Source: Bdellovibrionales bacterium
Lineage (GTDB): Bacteria; Bdellovibrionota; Bdellovibrionia; Bdellovibrionales; UBA1609
Assembly: GCA_965203785.1 (NCBI GenBank)
Contig: OZ241911.1
Location: forward strand, 100,013 to 164,012
Length of the DNA stretch: 64,000 nt
Direction: 5' to 3'
The notes under the pieces were generated by a model. The model was not told where the DNA came from and did not search any database. It worked only from the letters and a program-made list of their open reading frames with translations. The position numbers were made by a program, and so were the translations under genes. How positions within the stretch are numbered: the stretch's first letter is position 1; the number at the start of each line of letters is the position of its first letter. Shown in pieces: positions 19,363 through 29,388 of the stretch.

Positions 19363-22300
19363 ATGGTTCGATGGGTTCGGTGGGTAGCCATTATCACATT
19401 ATTGATAAGTGCCACTTTTTTTGCTTATCAGTTACAATCTAAAGCTAAAAAATGGGTAACTACCCAAGTAATTAACGTAATAAAAAAAAAACAAGCTCAG
19501 TTGGGGGTTCGCATTCGATGGGAAAGCTTATCAATTTCTTGGATTCCGTTAAGAATTAACATTAAAAATATCACCTTTCGTTTTCCCAATCGTTTTTTAT
19601 TTGCAGAACCGATTACCAGTAAACAACTCATTATTTCACCGGATTACATGCATCTTTTAAAAAAAAGATTAACTGCCAAAATAACCGCCCTGCAAGCTCG
19701 TATGGTCATTCAACCATCTCAGAAAAAAAATGCTAACGGATTTAAGGTCCTCACTCAAAAATACACAACTTGGTTAAAAAATATTCCACTTGTAAAGCTT
19801 TCTTTAAAATCGGCTCATTTAATTGTTCATACCCCAAAAGAGAGTTTAGAAACTCAAAATATAGATATTCAACTCCTATCTCGAAAAAAACAAACTACTC
19901 TTAAAATGGAAGCTCCCATTATTCAACTGGGCAAGCAAGCTTTGTTTTCTTTAAAAGCAAATATCGCATTAAAGCCGGATATGATTTTTTTTAAAGATTT
20001 TTTATTTCATAATCCTTATTCTCTTTTAAAATTATCGGGTCAGATAAAAGGGGATTTTTACAAAAAACAATTAAACTCCAGTCGATTAAAGATAAAAATT
20101 AAAGCTTCTGCAAACGACTTTTTAAGTGTACACCAATTGATCCATCCTCAAGCACAAGCTCTTTATAAAGGAGTTGTTTCTTTAACAGCTGATATGCAAT
20201 ATCGTCCCAATCCAAAAAAGAACAAAAAATTTTCTGCTCAAAATATTACGGGCGATTTTAATTTTTCTACTAAAAATTTTTCTGCTCAAAACATCTTTTT
20301 TTCAGAAATAAAAGCCGTGGGAAATTTAAAAAATAAAAAGCTCTATTTTGATCAATTTTATATTCAACATTTACCCAGTTGGGATATTCGTTTAACTGAT
20401 TTTAAAATCCATTTAGAAAAACCTTATTTTTTTAAAACCCATCTTAGAATTAAAAACAGCCAACTTTATTCACTACTCAAAGCGGTTAACATTTCATCTC
20501 GAGTTTCTTCTCTAATAGATGGTGGATGGAATTGCCAAGGGAGAGGTCAAGGAGCAGAAAAAAAACCAACTCTTAACTGCAACGGAGAAGCTCAAATCCA
20601 ACAACTTTCTGTTCGATATAAAGCCACAAAAAAAAAATTACAAACACCTCCTATTTTAAAAGTTCCATCTTTTAATTTTAAAAATCAAATCTCTATGGAA
20701 AAAGATATTTTAACTGCCCAAACCGTCGCATTTACTGACACTTCTTTATTAGATGGAAACTATCGCTTAAATTTAAGAAAAAAAGATTTTTTGGCCCACC
20801 TCCAAGGAAAGCTCAATTTTTCGGATATAGAAAATTTAGTTAATCTTTCTCCAAAGGGCTTAGTCGATATTAAAAATGCCAGTTTTAAAATTTCTCAAAA
20901 AAAATTAGAAGTTCAATCGGATATGGAGGGGGAAAATATACAAATTGCCAATTTTAAAGCGGGACATTTAAAAACTCATTTAACTTATGCAGATGGTTTT
21001 TTACAGTTCAATCGGGTTAAAGGAAGTTTCAAAAAATCTCGCTACAGAGGTTATGTGCACTTTAATCTTTTTAAAAGTACCATTCAGTCTTTTGCTGATT
21101 TCCCGATTATTCGATTAGAAAACATTACCCACAGTGTGGAAAAAAGAAGAACTTTACCCGTTCGATGGAATGGGGGTGGAAGTTTAACGGCTTATTTAAA
21201 AGGTCCTTTAAAGAAAAATGCTCTCTATTACACTATACGATCTCAATTGAGTGAAATAAATTTAGAAAAAGAGCAATTTAAAAAAGCAATGATCCATGTG
21301 GAATCTCAAAATGGTCATTTAAAAACCCACCAGATGGAGTTTCACAAAGAACATGGGGAAATTAAAATAAATGGTGAGATACTTCCAAACGGAAACATTC
21401 ACGCCAATATTAAAGGCTCTCACCTTTATTCCAACGACTTCCAAAATATTCAAAAGTATACTAAGGGTTATTTTTCATCCAATTTAGATTTTGACATGCA
21501 AGTTGGGGGGACTTATTTAAAACCTGAAGCAAAAACCCAACTGATACTTCAAAACTCATCTTTTAAAGGGCAAGCATTAAGAGATTCGAAATTATCTTTA
21601 ATTTTATATCCCGATCGAGTAGTGGGTTTAGGACAATTATTTAATGAGTTAAAAATTCAAAAATTTATATTCCCCTATCAAAGCAGAAAAAAAGTGATGT
21701 TATCTGTTAATGCAAAAAAATTTAATCTCCAACCTTTTTTATCTGGCAAATCTTTTGATACCAATTTTCAACATTCGTCCCATGTAGGTGGTGAAATAGA
21801 CATCACTTACAAAAAAAATCATTTTGATCAATCGAGTAACGGGCAAATTAAACTCAATAAAATATTTTTACAATCGGGACCCCACTTTTTACAAAATCAA
21901 AAACCCCTTTTGATTACCCTACAAAACGGAAAAATAAACACATCTCCGATCGTACTCATGAGTGAAATGAAACCTTTAAAAATCACTCCTTTCAATAAAA
22001 ACCATTTAATGATCGATGGGAGTTTGCCTGCATCTCTTTTAAATTTTTTATTCCCGTCTATAAAATTTTCGGAAGGAAGATTGCAAACTTATCTAAAAAT
22101 TAACTCTCAATTATCTCATTTGCAAACAACTGGTCAGATTCAACTTAAAGGAACTAAAGTTCAACTTCATCCTTATTTAGATCCTTTAGAAGGTGTGGAT
22201 TCTCTCATACAGATTCGCAATCGAAAATGGGAAGTTCAATCTCTCCAAGCAAATATGGGGGGTGGGCATATTAATCTCAAAGGAGATATTAATTTTATTC

Positions 22301-23358
22301 GTAAAGGGAAGATACCTATCCATATTGAAGGGGATTTTCAGCAAGTGCATTGGAAGAGCTGGCCGAGCATGAGTGCTAAAGGGGATGGGAAAATTCGAAT
22401 CACTGGGCAAAAATTTCCCTACAAACTATCTCTCATAGCTGACATTAAAAGTGCAAAAATTAAAAAAAATTTTTCTTCTTCGTCTTCGTCGGCTAATCCA
22501 TTTAATCTCAGTCCTTTTGTTTTAACCCAGACGGAAAAAGAATCTTTTAATGTCGTGGATATGGATTTTGATTTAAATTTTAAAGAGCCTATTCGTATTC
22601 AAAATTCTCAAATGCAATCCCATTTAATAGGAAATGTTTACATAACCGGTCGACCTGCTCAACCTATTTTATCTGGAAAATTTAAAATTCAACCTGGTGG
22701 AGAAATTATTTTCCGAGATCACAAATTTAAAATCACCTCTGGTCAATTAATTTACCATAAAAATAAAGCTCAAGAACCTTTTATTCGATTAACGGCTCAA
22801 ACTTCTGTTCTAGAGCAAAATATCACCGACAATTTTAAAAACGAATATGACATTCTTCTCAAAATTAAAGGTCGAGGTCATTTAGCCACTTTTACTTTAA
22901 CTAGCTTGCCAGCATTAACAGAAAACGAAATTGTCTCTTTATTAGTTTTTGGCACTCGATCGATGAGTTTTCAATCGTCTAATTCTTCAAACATTGTTCA
23001 ACACGATATTATTAAATACTCTTATTATCATCTGGCACCTGTTTTATTTCAAAAGGCTATTAACAAAGAGTTTCAACATACATTAGGTATGGATTTTTTA
23101 ATTGTTCCTTATATTAACTCTAAGAAGCACACAGTTTCTACTAAACTCATCGTAAAGAAAAAAATTTTTAACCGGTTAAATGTTTCTACCAGTCAAACAT
23201 TTTTAGATAAAAATTCTGAAAAAAATATTACAGCCGAATACACTGTTAATCCAAATGCCTCTTTAGTTGGATGGTGGAAAAACGAAAACTTAGCCGGCAC
23301 AGATGATCAAAACTCTAATGTACTAGGTTTAGATTTGGAGTATCAAATTGCATTCTAA
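19363..23358 (+). CDS. tamB: TamB-like translocation and assembly module protein (DUF490-type C-terminus)
   Basis: About 1330 aa with an N-terminal anchor (WVRWVAIITLLISATFFAY), a long beta-rich body and a C-terminal region typical of TamB. It lies directly upstream of an Omp85 gene. The start is moved to ATG 19363 to avoid overlap with the upstream gene. Confidence 0.7.
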   Translation: MVRWVRWVAIITLLISATFFAYQLQSKAKKWVTTQVINVIKKKQAQLGVRIRWESLSISWIPLRINIKNITFRFPNRFLFAEPITSKQLIISPDYMHLLKKRLTAKITALQARMVIQPSQKKNANGFKVLTQKYTTWLKNIPLVKLSLKSAHLIVHTPKESLETQNIDIQLLSRKKQTTLKMEAPIIQLGKQALFSLKANIALKPDMIFFKDFLFHNPYSLLKLSGQIKGDFYKKQLNSSRLKIKIKASANDFLSVHQLIHPQAQALYKGVVSLTADMQYRPNPKKNKKFSAQNITGDFNFSTKNFSAQNIFFSEIKAVGNLKNKKLYFDQFYIQHLPSWDIRLTDFKIHLEKPYFFKTHLRIKNSQLYSLLKAVNISSRVSSLIDGGWNCQGRGQGAEKKPTLNCNGEAQIQQLSVRYKATKKKLQTPPILKVPSFNFKNQISMEKDILTAQTVAFTDTSLLDGNYRLNLRKKDFLAHLQGKLNFSDIENLVNLSPKGLVDIKNASFKISQKKLEVQSDMEGENIQIANFKAGHLKTHLTYADGFLQFNRVKGSFKKSRYRGYVHFNLFKSTIQSFADFPIIRLENITHSVEKRRTLPVRWNGGGSLTAYLKGPLKKNALYYTIRSQLSEINLEKEQFKKAMIHVESQNGHLKTHQMEFHKEHGEIKINGEILPNGNIHANIKGSHLYSNDFQNIQKYTKGYFSSNLDFDMQVGGTYLKPEAKTQLILQNSSFKGQALRDSKLSLILYPDRVVGLGQLFNELKIQKFIFPYQSRKKVMLSVNAKKFNLQPFLSGKSFDTNFQHSSHVGGEIDITYKKNHFDQSSNGQIKLNKIFLQSGPHFLQNQKPLLITLQNGKINTSPIVLMSEMKPLKITPFNKNHLMIDGSLPASLLNFLFPSIKFSEGRLQTYLKINSQLSHLQTTGQIQLKGTKVQLHPYLDPLEGVDSLIQIRNRKWEVQSLQANMGGGHINLKGDINFIRKGKIPIHIEGDFQQVHWKSWPSMSAKGDGKIRITGQKFPYKLSLIADIKSAKIKKNFSSSSSSANPFNLSPFVLTQTEKESFNVVDMDFDLNFKEPIRIQNSQMQSHLIGNVYITGRPAQPILSGKFKIQPGGEIIFRDHKFKITSGQLIYHKNKAQEPFIRLTAQTSVLEQNITDNFKNEYDILLKIKGRGHLATFTLTSLPALTENEIVSLLVFGTRSMSFQSSNSSNIVQHDIIKYSYYHLAPVLFQKAINKEFQHTLGMDFLIVPYINSKKHTVSTKLIVKKKIFNRLNVSTSQTFLDKNSEKNITAEYTVNPNASLVGWWKNENLAGTDDQNSNVLGLDLEYQIAF

Positions 23359-25828
23359 ACCAGCACTCCTTATTAACTATTTTAGTGTTGGATTGTTTTT
23401 TTTACTTTTCAACCTCAATAGTTTTTCTGCACCTGTTGATAACCAGTTAAAAAAACCTTCGTCGTTTACCACCTCGCTTGCCACTCATAACACCATTCAA
23501 AAAATTAAAGTGATTACAGAAAATAAACAACTAAAATCTCGTATAGAAAAACACTTAGCATCTTACCGAGGTCAGGTGATCTCTTCTGCTTTAAAAAACA
23601 CAATTCGTCAAAAAGTTTTTTCTTTACTCCAAAAGAAAAGATTTTTTTGGCCCAATTTAAATGGTCCGATTTTTTTTTCTACCCCCCAAGGGGTGATTGT
23701 ATCTATTTTTATTAACCACCCTTATCGTTATGGATGGATTCTAAAAGGGAACCAACACATTCCTTCTGACCAATTGATAACAAAAAAAATTAAAAACCAA
23801 ATATTTAATCATAGAAAGTCTGAGCAAAAACTGATTGAGTTAATTAAAACGGCTTATTTAAAAAAAGGTTATTTTCGAGTTCGCATTCAAAGTCGCACAC
23901 AAACTGACTCTAATCGTTTTGTTAAAACTTTTCGCCTATTTATTACAGAAGGTCCAATTTTAAAAATTAAAACTATTCAGATCACCGGACGCTTTTCTCG
24001 TCCGACTCATTATTACATGCGACTGATCAAAAAATTTAATCGTGTTCTCATTCGAAACAATTTTTTTTATAAAAACACATGGGACAAAGGGGTCACCAGT
24101 TTAAAAAATCAACTGAAAAAAGAAGGTTATTTACAAGCGAACCTTTACTCAAAAATTAAAAAAGAAAAAAACCAAGTGACTATTAATATTAACTTAAATG
24201 AAGGACCTCTCACTCAAATTAATCAAATGACATTTAAAGGTAATCATCATTTTTCGGATCATCAGTTGCAAGAGCTCATCCAAACCAAACCTCAATTGGG
24301 ATGGAATCCTTATTTATTGGATCAAGATGTTCACACTCTTATCAAAGCCTATAAAGAGCAAGGTTTTATGGAGATGACTATTAACACAAATAACATGATT
24401 TCTTACAATCCTTCGACTGCCAAGGTGGATTTGTTATTTGATATAAAAGAAAATCAAAAAATTATTGTCTCCGATATTATTATTCAAGGAGCTGGAATCA
24501 CAAAAAGTCATTTTATAAAAAAAACTTTGCCATTAAAAATAAATGATATTTTAACCTCAAAAAAAATTAACTACTCGATAAAAAAATTAAGAAAGCTGGG
24601 TATTTTTTCTTCTGTGGATATTTTAGTTGTCAATACGAAAAAAAAACAATCTCGTAAGAGAATTGTTATTGTAAAAGTAAAAGAAAGAAAACCGAGATTA
24701 ATACGCATAGGAGCTGGATTAAATACAGAGCGTGTTTTAACAGCTCGGGGGTTTTTACAATTATCTCACCATAATTTATGGGGTGTCGGTCGAGGAGTTT
24801 TTTCTAACATAAAACTGCAATCTAACATGGCTCGGTTATTTGATATGATATCTCCAACCCTTCCCCATATTGAACATCAAGCAGACCTTATTTATACAGA
24901 GCCATTTTTGCTTCATTCTCCTTTTAGTGGGCAGGTGAGTTTATCTCATGCCAATACTATTTCTCTCTACAATAAAGACCAAAATTCTCTGAATATCGCA
25001 AACACTGCTAAATTGAATTTTAATTTACAAAAAGAGATTAACCCTCATATCAACTGGCAATTGACCTTACTGAGCTGGGAGGGGAAAAAAGAATTTGAAA
25101 AAAGCTCTCGATGTTTGAATAGAAATGTTGGTTTGCAATCACTTCCACCCCAACTAAAAGGAATTTGTGAAGATCGAACCCTCAATATGACTGGTACGGG
25201 ATTAGCCATTAATATAGATAAAAGAAATCAAGTGATTTCCACTTCAGAGGGTTTTTTATCTAAATGGTTTGTAGAACACACAGGTCCTTACTTTCCGAAC
25301 AGCTCGGAAGAAATTAATTTTATCAAAATGGAGATGAAACATTTTGACTTTCACTCTCTTTTTGACCAATTGGTATGGGTGAACTCTTTACAAGGGGGTA
25401 TGATTTTTAACCTCAATAAAAGCTTAAACAATAGTGGGTTTCCGGTTAGCCGATCTTTTATCTTAGGAGGAGTTAATTCTTTAAGAGGATTTGACGGACT
25501 ATTAGATGGTCAGAGGGTGCCCGATAAAGAAGAAATGGATATTTCTGGTGCAAATCAAATAATTATGGCCAGTTCTTCTGTTTTTTTTCTCATCAAAACA
25601 GAACTGCGGTTTCCGATTAACAATCAATTAAAGGGGAGTGTTTTTTACGATGGAGGGGGAGTGATGATTTCTGGTATGGACTTTAAACAACCTTATCGGC
25701 ATTCAGCGGGTTTTGGGCTTCGATATCGAACTCCTTTAGGGTCTATATCGGGATATTTAGCTTTTAAAATCACTCCTAAAAAAAATGAATCTCCATTTTT
25801 ACCCCATTTGTCATTTGGGAGTTTTTAA
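23348..25828 (+). CDS. bamA: Omp85-family outer membrane protein assembly factor (BamA-sized, multiple POTRA repeats)
   Basis: 826 aa with a signal peptide and repeated POTRA-like units (I..I.I.G........I). The C-terminal barrel has RGF (VNSLRGFDG) and ends in ...LSFGSF (terminal aromatic). Confidence 0.8.
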   Translation: MHSKPALLINYFSVGLFFLLFNLNSFSAPVDNQLKKPSSFTTSLATHNTIQKIKVITENKQLKSRIEKHLASYRGQVISSALKNTIRQKVFSLLQKKRFFWPNLNGPIFFSTPQGVIVSIFINHPYRYGWILKGNQHIPSDQLITKKIKNQIFNHRKSEQKLIELIKTAYLKKGYFRVRIQSRTQTDSNRFVKTFRLFITEGPILKIKTIQITGRFSRPTHYYMRLIKKFNRVLIRNNFFYKNTWDKGVTSLKNQLKKEGYLQANLYSKIKKEKNQVTININLNEGPLTQINQMTFKGNHHFSDHQLQELIQTKPQLGWNPYLLDQDVHTLIKAYKEQGFMEMTINTNNMISYNPSTAKVDLLFDIKENQKIIVSDIIIQGAGITKSHFIKKTLPLKINDILTSKKINYSIKKLRKLGIFSSVDILVVNTKKKQSRKRIVIVKVKERKPRLIRIGAGLNTERVLTARGFLQLSHHNLWGVGRGVFSNIKLQSNMARLFDMISPTLPHIEHQADLIYTEPFLLHSPFSGQVSLSHANTISLYNKDQNSLNIANTAKLNFNLQKEINPHINWQLTLLSWEGKKEFEKSSRCLNRNVGLQSLPPQLKGICEDRTLNMTGTGLAINIDKRNQVISTSEGFLSKWFVEHTGPYFPNSSEEINFIKMEMKHFDFHSLFDQLVWVNSLQGGMIFNLNKSLNNSGFPVSRSFILGGVNSLRGFDGLLDGQRVPDKEEMDISGANQIIMASSSVFFLIKTELRFPINNQLKGSVFYDGGGVMISGMDFKQPYRHSAGFGLRYRTPLGSISGYLAFKITPKKNESPFLPHLSFGSF

Positions 25829-25858
25829 AATATAAATTTTTATGCAGAGAAGAGTGCT

Positions 25859-26560
25859 ATGAAATATAATTTAGTGATCATACGCCACGGACAAAGTGAA
25901 TGGAACCAACACAATCGGTTCACTGGTTGGGCAGACATTGATTTAAGCTCCCAAGGTATTAAAGAGGCAAAGCGAGCGGCGAAACTTCTCATCGACTTAG
26001 GCTTTAAATACGATATAGCCTGCACTTCTGTTTTAAGAAGGGCTATCCGAACTCTATGGATTTTATTAGATGAGATGAACCAAATGTGGACTCCTGTGAT
26101 TAAATCATGGCGACTCAACGAACGACATTACGGCGAACTCACTGGCTCTAATAAACTCAAAATGATTGAAAAATATGGTAAAAAACAAGTGCAAATATGG
26201 AGAAGATCGTATCAAACACCTCCTCCTCAAAATCTAACTCATGAGCTAACATCTTCTACTTTACCTCATTTGGTGCCTCCATTTTTAAAAAAAATTGAGC
26301 CACTTCAAGGGGAATCTCTGAAACAAACTCAGAACAGAGTGCTTCCTTTTTGGAACGAGATCATTGCCCCTGCTTTGCAAAATAAAGAAAATTTGCTCGT
26401 CGTAGCTCATGGCAACAGTTTGCGAGCTTTAATCAAACATATCGAACAGCTAAACGAACACGAGATTACAGAAGTGGAAATTCCCACTGGAGTTCCCATG
26501 GCGTATCATTTATCGTCCAAAGATTTATCGATTCAAACTCCTCGGGTCGTTATTCAATAA
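25859..26560 (+). CDS. gpmA: 2,3-bisphosphoglycerate-dependent phosphoglycerate mutase
   Basis: LVIIRHGQSEWNQHNRFTGWADIDLS, RLNERHYG, and VVAHGNSLRAL. Confidence 0.92.
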   Translation: MKYNLVIIRHGQSEWNQHNRFTGWADIDLSSQGIKEAKRAAKLLIDLGFKYDIACTSVLRRAIRTLWILLDEMNQMWTPVIKSWRLNERHYGELTGSNKLKMIEKYGKKQVQIWRRSYQTPPPQNLTHELTSSTLPHLVPPFLKKIEPLQGESLKQTQNRVLPFWNEIIAPALQNKENLLVVAHGNSLRALIKHIEQLNEHEITEVEIPTGVPMAYHLSSKDLSIQTPRVVIQ

Positions 26561-26590
26561 TAAGATCTCTAAATATTCTTTAAAAAAAAC

Positions 26591-26652
26591 GATTAGTTGT
26601 TTGACTTAAGCCCTATTTTGCGATTAAAAATAGCCATGTCAAACAACTAATC
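26591..26652 (+). promoter_or_regulatory. Perfect 15-bp inverted repeat (32-nt spacer) upstream of the RRM protein gene
   Basis: GATTAGTTGTTTGAC (26591-26605) is the exact reverse complement of GTCAAACAACTAATC (26638-26652). A TTGACT -35-like hexamer sits in the left arm. The right arm ends 16 nt before the ATG. Confidence 0.6.
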
Positions 26653-26668
26653 AGAAGTAGAGGAAGTT

Positions 26669-26950
26669 ATGGAAAAACTATATGTCGGCAATTTGTCTTA
26701 CGATGTAACGGAAGAGGAATTGACTAATCTTTTTTCTCCTAAAGGGGAAGTGGTATCTGTGCGAATCATTAGCGACCATCAAACGGGTCGGTCTAAAGGA
26801 TTTGGTTTTGTGGAGATGTCTAATAACGAAGCGTGTTCAGCTGTCATATCAGCTTTTAACGGATACGAACTCAAAGGGCGACCCATGAAAGTAAACAAAT
26901 CTGTAGATAAACCTCGTCGAAATCGAGGAAGAGACGACAAGCGCTGGTAA
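26669..26950 (+). CDS. RRM (RNP-1/RNP-2) RNA-binding protein
   Basis: RNP-2 is LYVGNL, RNP-1 is KGFGFVEM, and the C-terminal tail is Arg-rich. Confidence 0.9.
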   Translation: MEKLYVGNLSYDVTEEELTNLFSPKGEVVSVRIISDHQTGRSKGFGFVEMSNNEACSAVISAFNGYELKGRPMKVNKSVDKPRRNRGRDDKRW

Positions 26951-26975
26951 TATTTTTTTAACTCCCTTAAATCAA

Positions 26976-27683
26976 TTAAAGCCGGTCCTTATAGAGGGGA
27001 AAGTAAAGATCTTCTCCGATTGGAATGTGGAGTTCTGACGGATTGGTTTGGAGTGTAAAAACGACAGGTGCAGAATGAATGATCGCCAATGGACAACATT
27101 TGTTTCCCTCTCCCATGAGCAAAACGGCACTGGCAGCTAAGGCATCCACTCGATTCACACTTGTGAAGCGAAGAGTTTTATCAAACAAATCTTTGCTCCC
27201 AATGAGAGAAGAAACGCCCGAAAAACCATAATAAGAAACCGAAACCCCGATCACTCCTTTTCGCAAAGGAGTGGTTTTAGAATCAGTCATGATCAATCCA
27301 AAGTGCTTGAGATGAAGTTTGTTTTGAATGTAATGATAAAGTTTTTTTAAAGAAGCATAAGGGTCTTTAGGGTAGAGAATATAATTTCCGTCTGGAGAAT
27401 TAGATTCATCAATACCTGCAGAAGGGAGCATCAAATGATGTTGAATGGTCAGATGAAACCCCGACTGGGTGGAACCTAAATCGTGTTGGCATTCTTTTTG
27501 AATGAGCTTTTTTTTATCGTGATTTTTTTTAGACACCACTCGCCCTTCAGATAGACTAACAATTTTAGAAGTAATTGCCAGAATAGAGTTTTCTTTGAAA
27601 TGAGACTGGGTGTGCTTTAAAATAAAAGCTGATAAATCCATACCGGCAGAGAAAACAGAAGTTTTAATTGCTACGACATTCAT
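26976..27683 (-). CDS. CofE-like gamma-glutamyl ligase family protein (possible folate polyglutamylation enzyme)
   Basis: ILAITSKIVSLSEGRVV, LPSAGIDESN and AVLLMGEGN match the F420-0:gamma-glutamyl ligase fold family as I recall it. The start is set at MNVVAIK (ATG 27683) because the track ORF runs into tRNA-Leu. Confidence 0.6.
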   Translation of the reverse strand: MNVVAIKTSVFSAGMDLSAFILKHTQSHFKENSILAITSKIVSLSEGRVVSKKNHDKKKLIQKECQHDLGSTQSGFHLTIQHHLMLPSAGIDESNSPDGNYILYPKDPYASLKKLYHYIQNKLHLKHFGLIMTDSKTTPLRKGVIGVSVSYYGFSGVSSLIGSKDLFDKTLRFTSVNRVDALAASAVLLMGEGNKCCPLAIIHSAPVVFTLQTNPSELHIPIGEDLYFPLYKDRL

Positions 27684-27694
27684 AAACGATTCGA

Positions 27695-27778
27695 TGCCCG
27701 GCGAGGGACTTGAACCCCCACCTCTTGAAAGAGACATGATCCTAAGTCATGCGCGTCTGCCAATTCCGCCAGCCGGGC
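27695..27778 (-). tRNA. tRNA-Leu (anticodon UAG), class II with long variable arm, CCA not encoded
   Basis: The reverse complement is GCCCGGCTGGCGGAATTGGCAGACGCGCATGACTTAGGATCATGTCTCTTTCAAGAGGTGGGGGTTCAAGTCCCTCGCCGGGCA. The acceptor stem is GCCCGGC/GCCGGGC and the anticodon loop CTTAGGA. Confidence 0.9.
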
Positions 27779-27797
27779 GGTTTTTTTATTACTTAAT

Positions 27798-28220
27798 TTA
27801 CTCCAAACTTTTAATCTCTCCATCAATGAGTTTTCTATAACTAGCCGGATCCATTAAATGAGACAAATCTCCCTCTCGGACCATTTCTATACGAATTAAC
27901 CAACCTTGATCCATGGGGTGATCGCTAATTAACCCAGGCGTTAAAGAGCCATTAATTTCCACCACTTCTCCAGAAACTGGCACATATAAATCGCTGACAC
28001 TTTTATTGCTCTCCACCAGTCCGAACACTTGCCCTCTTTCAAAACTTTGCCCTTTTTGTGGCAACTTCCAGCTCACAATTTCGCCCAATCGATCTTGAGC
28101 ATAATAAGTAATCCCAATAGTGACCGTATTGCGATCATCTAGAGAAATCCACTCATGAGTTTTGGTATAGTAATAATTGCCTTCTGGAACAATGAGCCGT
28201 CTTTGCTGTTCTTCATGCAT
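27798..28220 (-). CDS. gcvH: Glycine cleavage system protein H
   Basis: YTKTHEWI, GITYYAQDRLGEIV, and the lipoyl-lysine context VESNKSVSDLYVPVSGEV. Confidence 0.92.
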   Translation of the reverse strand: MHEEQQRRLIVPEGNYYYTKTHEWISLDDRNTVTIGITYYAQDRLGEIVSWKLPQKGQSFERGQVFGLVESNKSVSDLYVPVSGEVVEINGSLTPGLISDHPMDQGWLIRIEMVREGDLSHLMDPASYRKLIDGEIKSLE

Positions 28221-28260
28221 AAAAAAAATTCTCCTTTAAAAAAAATATTAAAAACTGATC

Positions 28261-29388
28261 TTACTTTTTTATAAATGGGGTGACAACCACTTCGGCAGCA
28301 ATGAGCTGGCGATGAATCTCTACTTCAATGGGTGTTCCGGGATCACAGTAACGAGAATCTACATACCCAAGGCCAATCATTTGATTAAGAAAAGGAGATT
28401 TAGCTCCACTAGTGACTTCTCCGATCACTGAACCGTTTTTAAAAATTCGATATTTTTGACGAGGAACGCCACTTTGTAAATTTTTTAACCGAAATCCAAC
28501 CCATTTTCTTTTTAACAAATCCTCTTTTTTCTGCAAAGCCTGCGACCCAATAAACGAGGCTGGATTTTTTACCGCCCACCCCAGACCCGCCGAATAGGGA
28601 TTGGTGCCCTCGTTTAAGTCGACTCCGTAGAGAGGGTATTTCATTTCCATACGCAAAGTGTCTCGGGCAGAAAGACCAACTGGTAGACATTTTATCTGAT
28701 ACTTGGGATCTAAAAATGCCCGCCACAAATTTTTTGCAATTTCTGCACATAAAATAAGTTCGAAACCATCTTCTCCTGTATAACCCGTCCGAGATACCAA
28801 AATTTTTTGATTATAAAAAGGCACAAACTTCCAACCAAACTGATCTAATCCACTCAACTTAAAGTCATGCGTATTGGAGGAAGAGGAGGAGGAGTTCAGC
28901 ACTTTTTCTAAAAGCTTAACGGCAAGAGGACCTTGCAAAGCTAACATAGCATGTTGAGAACTTTCATCTTGGATATGACAAGTTTTAGGATACACATTAT
29001 GGTTTTTCATCCATTGCAAGTCTTTTGTTTGTTGAGAACCGTTACCTACAAAAAGATATTCTGTCTTAAATTTCACACAATATAAAATTCCATCGTCTAC
29101 AATACCTCCTCGGGGATTACACATCAGATTGTATTGCCCTCGATAAGGAGAAAGACTTTGAACACGATTAGTAAAAAGTTTTTCTAAAACTAAAAGAGCA
29201 TCTAAACCTTGGATTCGAATTTGACTTAAATGAGAGATATCAAACAACCCGACATGAGTTCTGGTATGAATATGTTCTGCATGGGCGTTTAAAGAAAACT
29301 CCAAAGGTAATTTCCAACCATGAAAATTCACAAACCGAGCATTGAGCAATGTATGTTCTTTAATTAAAGGAGTGGTTTTAAGCATCAT
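28261..29388 (-). CDS. gcvT: Glycine cleavage system aminomethyltransferase T
   Basis: TPL...H.......F.GW.LP, LFDISHLSQIRI.G, SRTGYTGEDGFEL, and the typical length. Confidence 0.9.
   Translation of the reverse strand: MMLKTTPLIKEHTLLNARFVNFHGWKLPLEFSLNAHAEHIHTRTHVGLFDISHLSQIRIQGLDALLVLEKLFTNRVQSLSPYRGQYNLMCNPRGGIVDDGILYCVKFKTEYLFVGNGSQQTKDLQWMKNHNVYPKTCHIQDESSQHAMLALQGPLAVKLLEKVLNSSSSSSNTHDFKLSGLDQFGWKFVPFYNQKILVSRTGYTGEDGFELILCAEIAKNLWRAFLDPKYQIKCLPVGLSARDTLRMEMKYPLYGVDLNEGTNPYSAGLGWAVKNPASFIGSQALQKKEDLLKRKWVGFRLKNLQSGVPRQKYRIFKNGSVIGEVTSGAKSPFLNQMIGLGYVDSRYCDPGTPIEVEIHRQLIAAEVVVTPFIKK

Noticed and set aside
27610-27840. A 76-aa plus-strand ORF, and the N-terminal 18 codons of the 253-aa minus-strand ORF (to 27737).
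   Set aside because: Both run through the tRNA-Leu gene (27695-27778). The CofE-like CDS was therefore shortened to ATG 27683.
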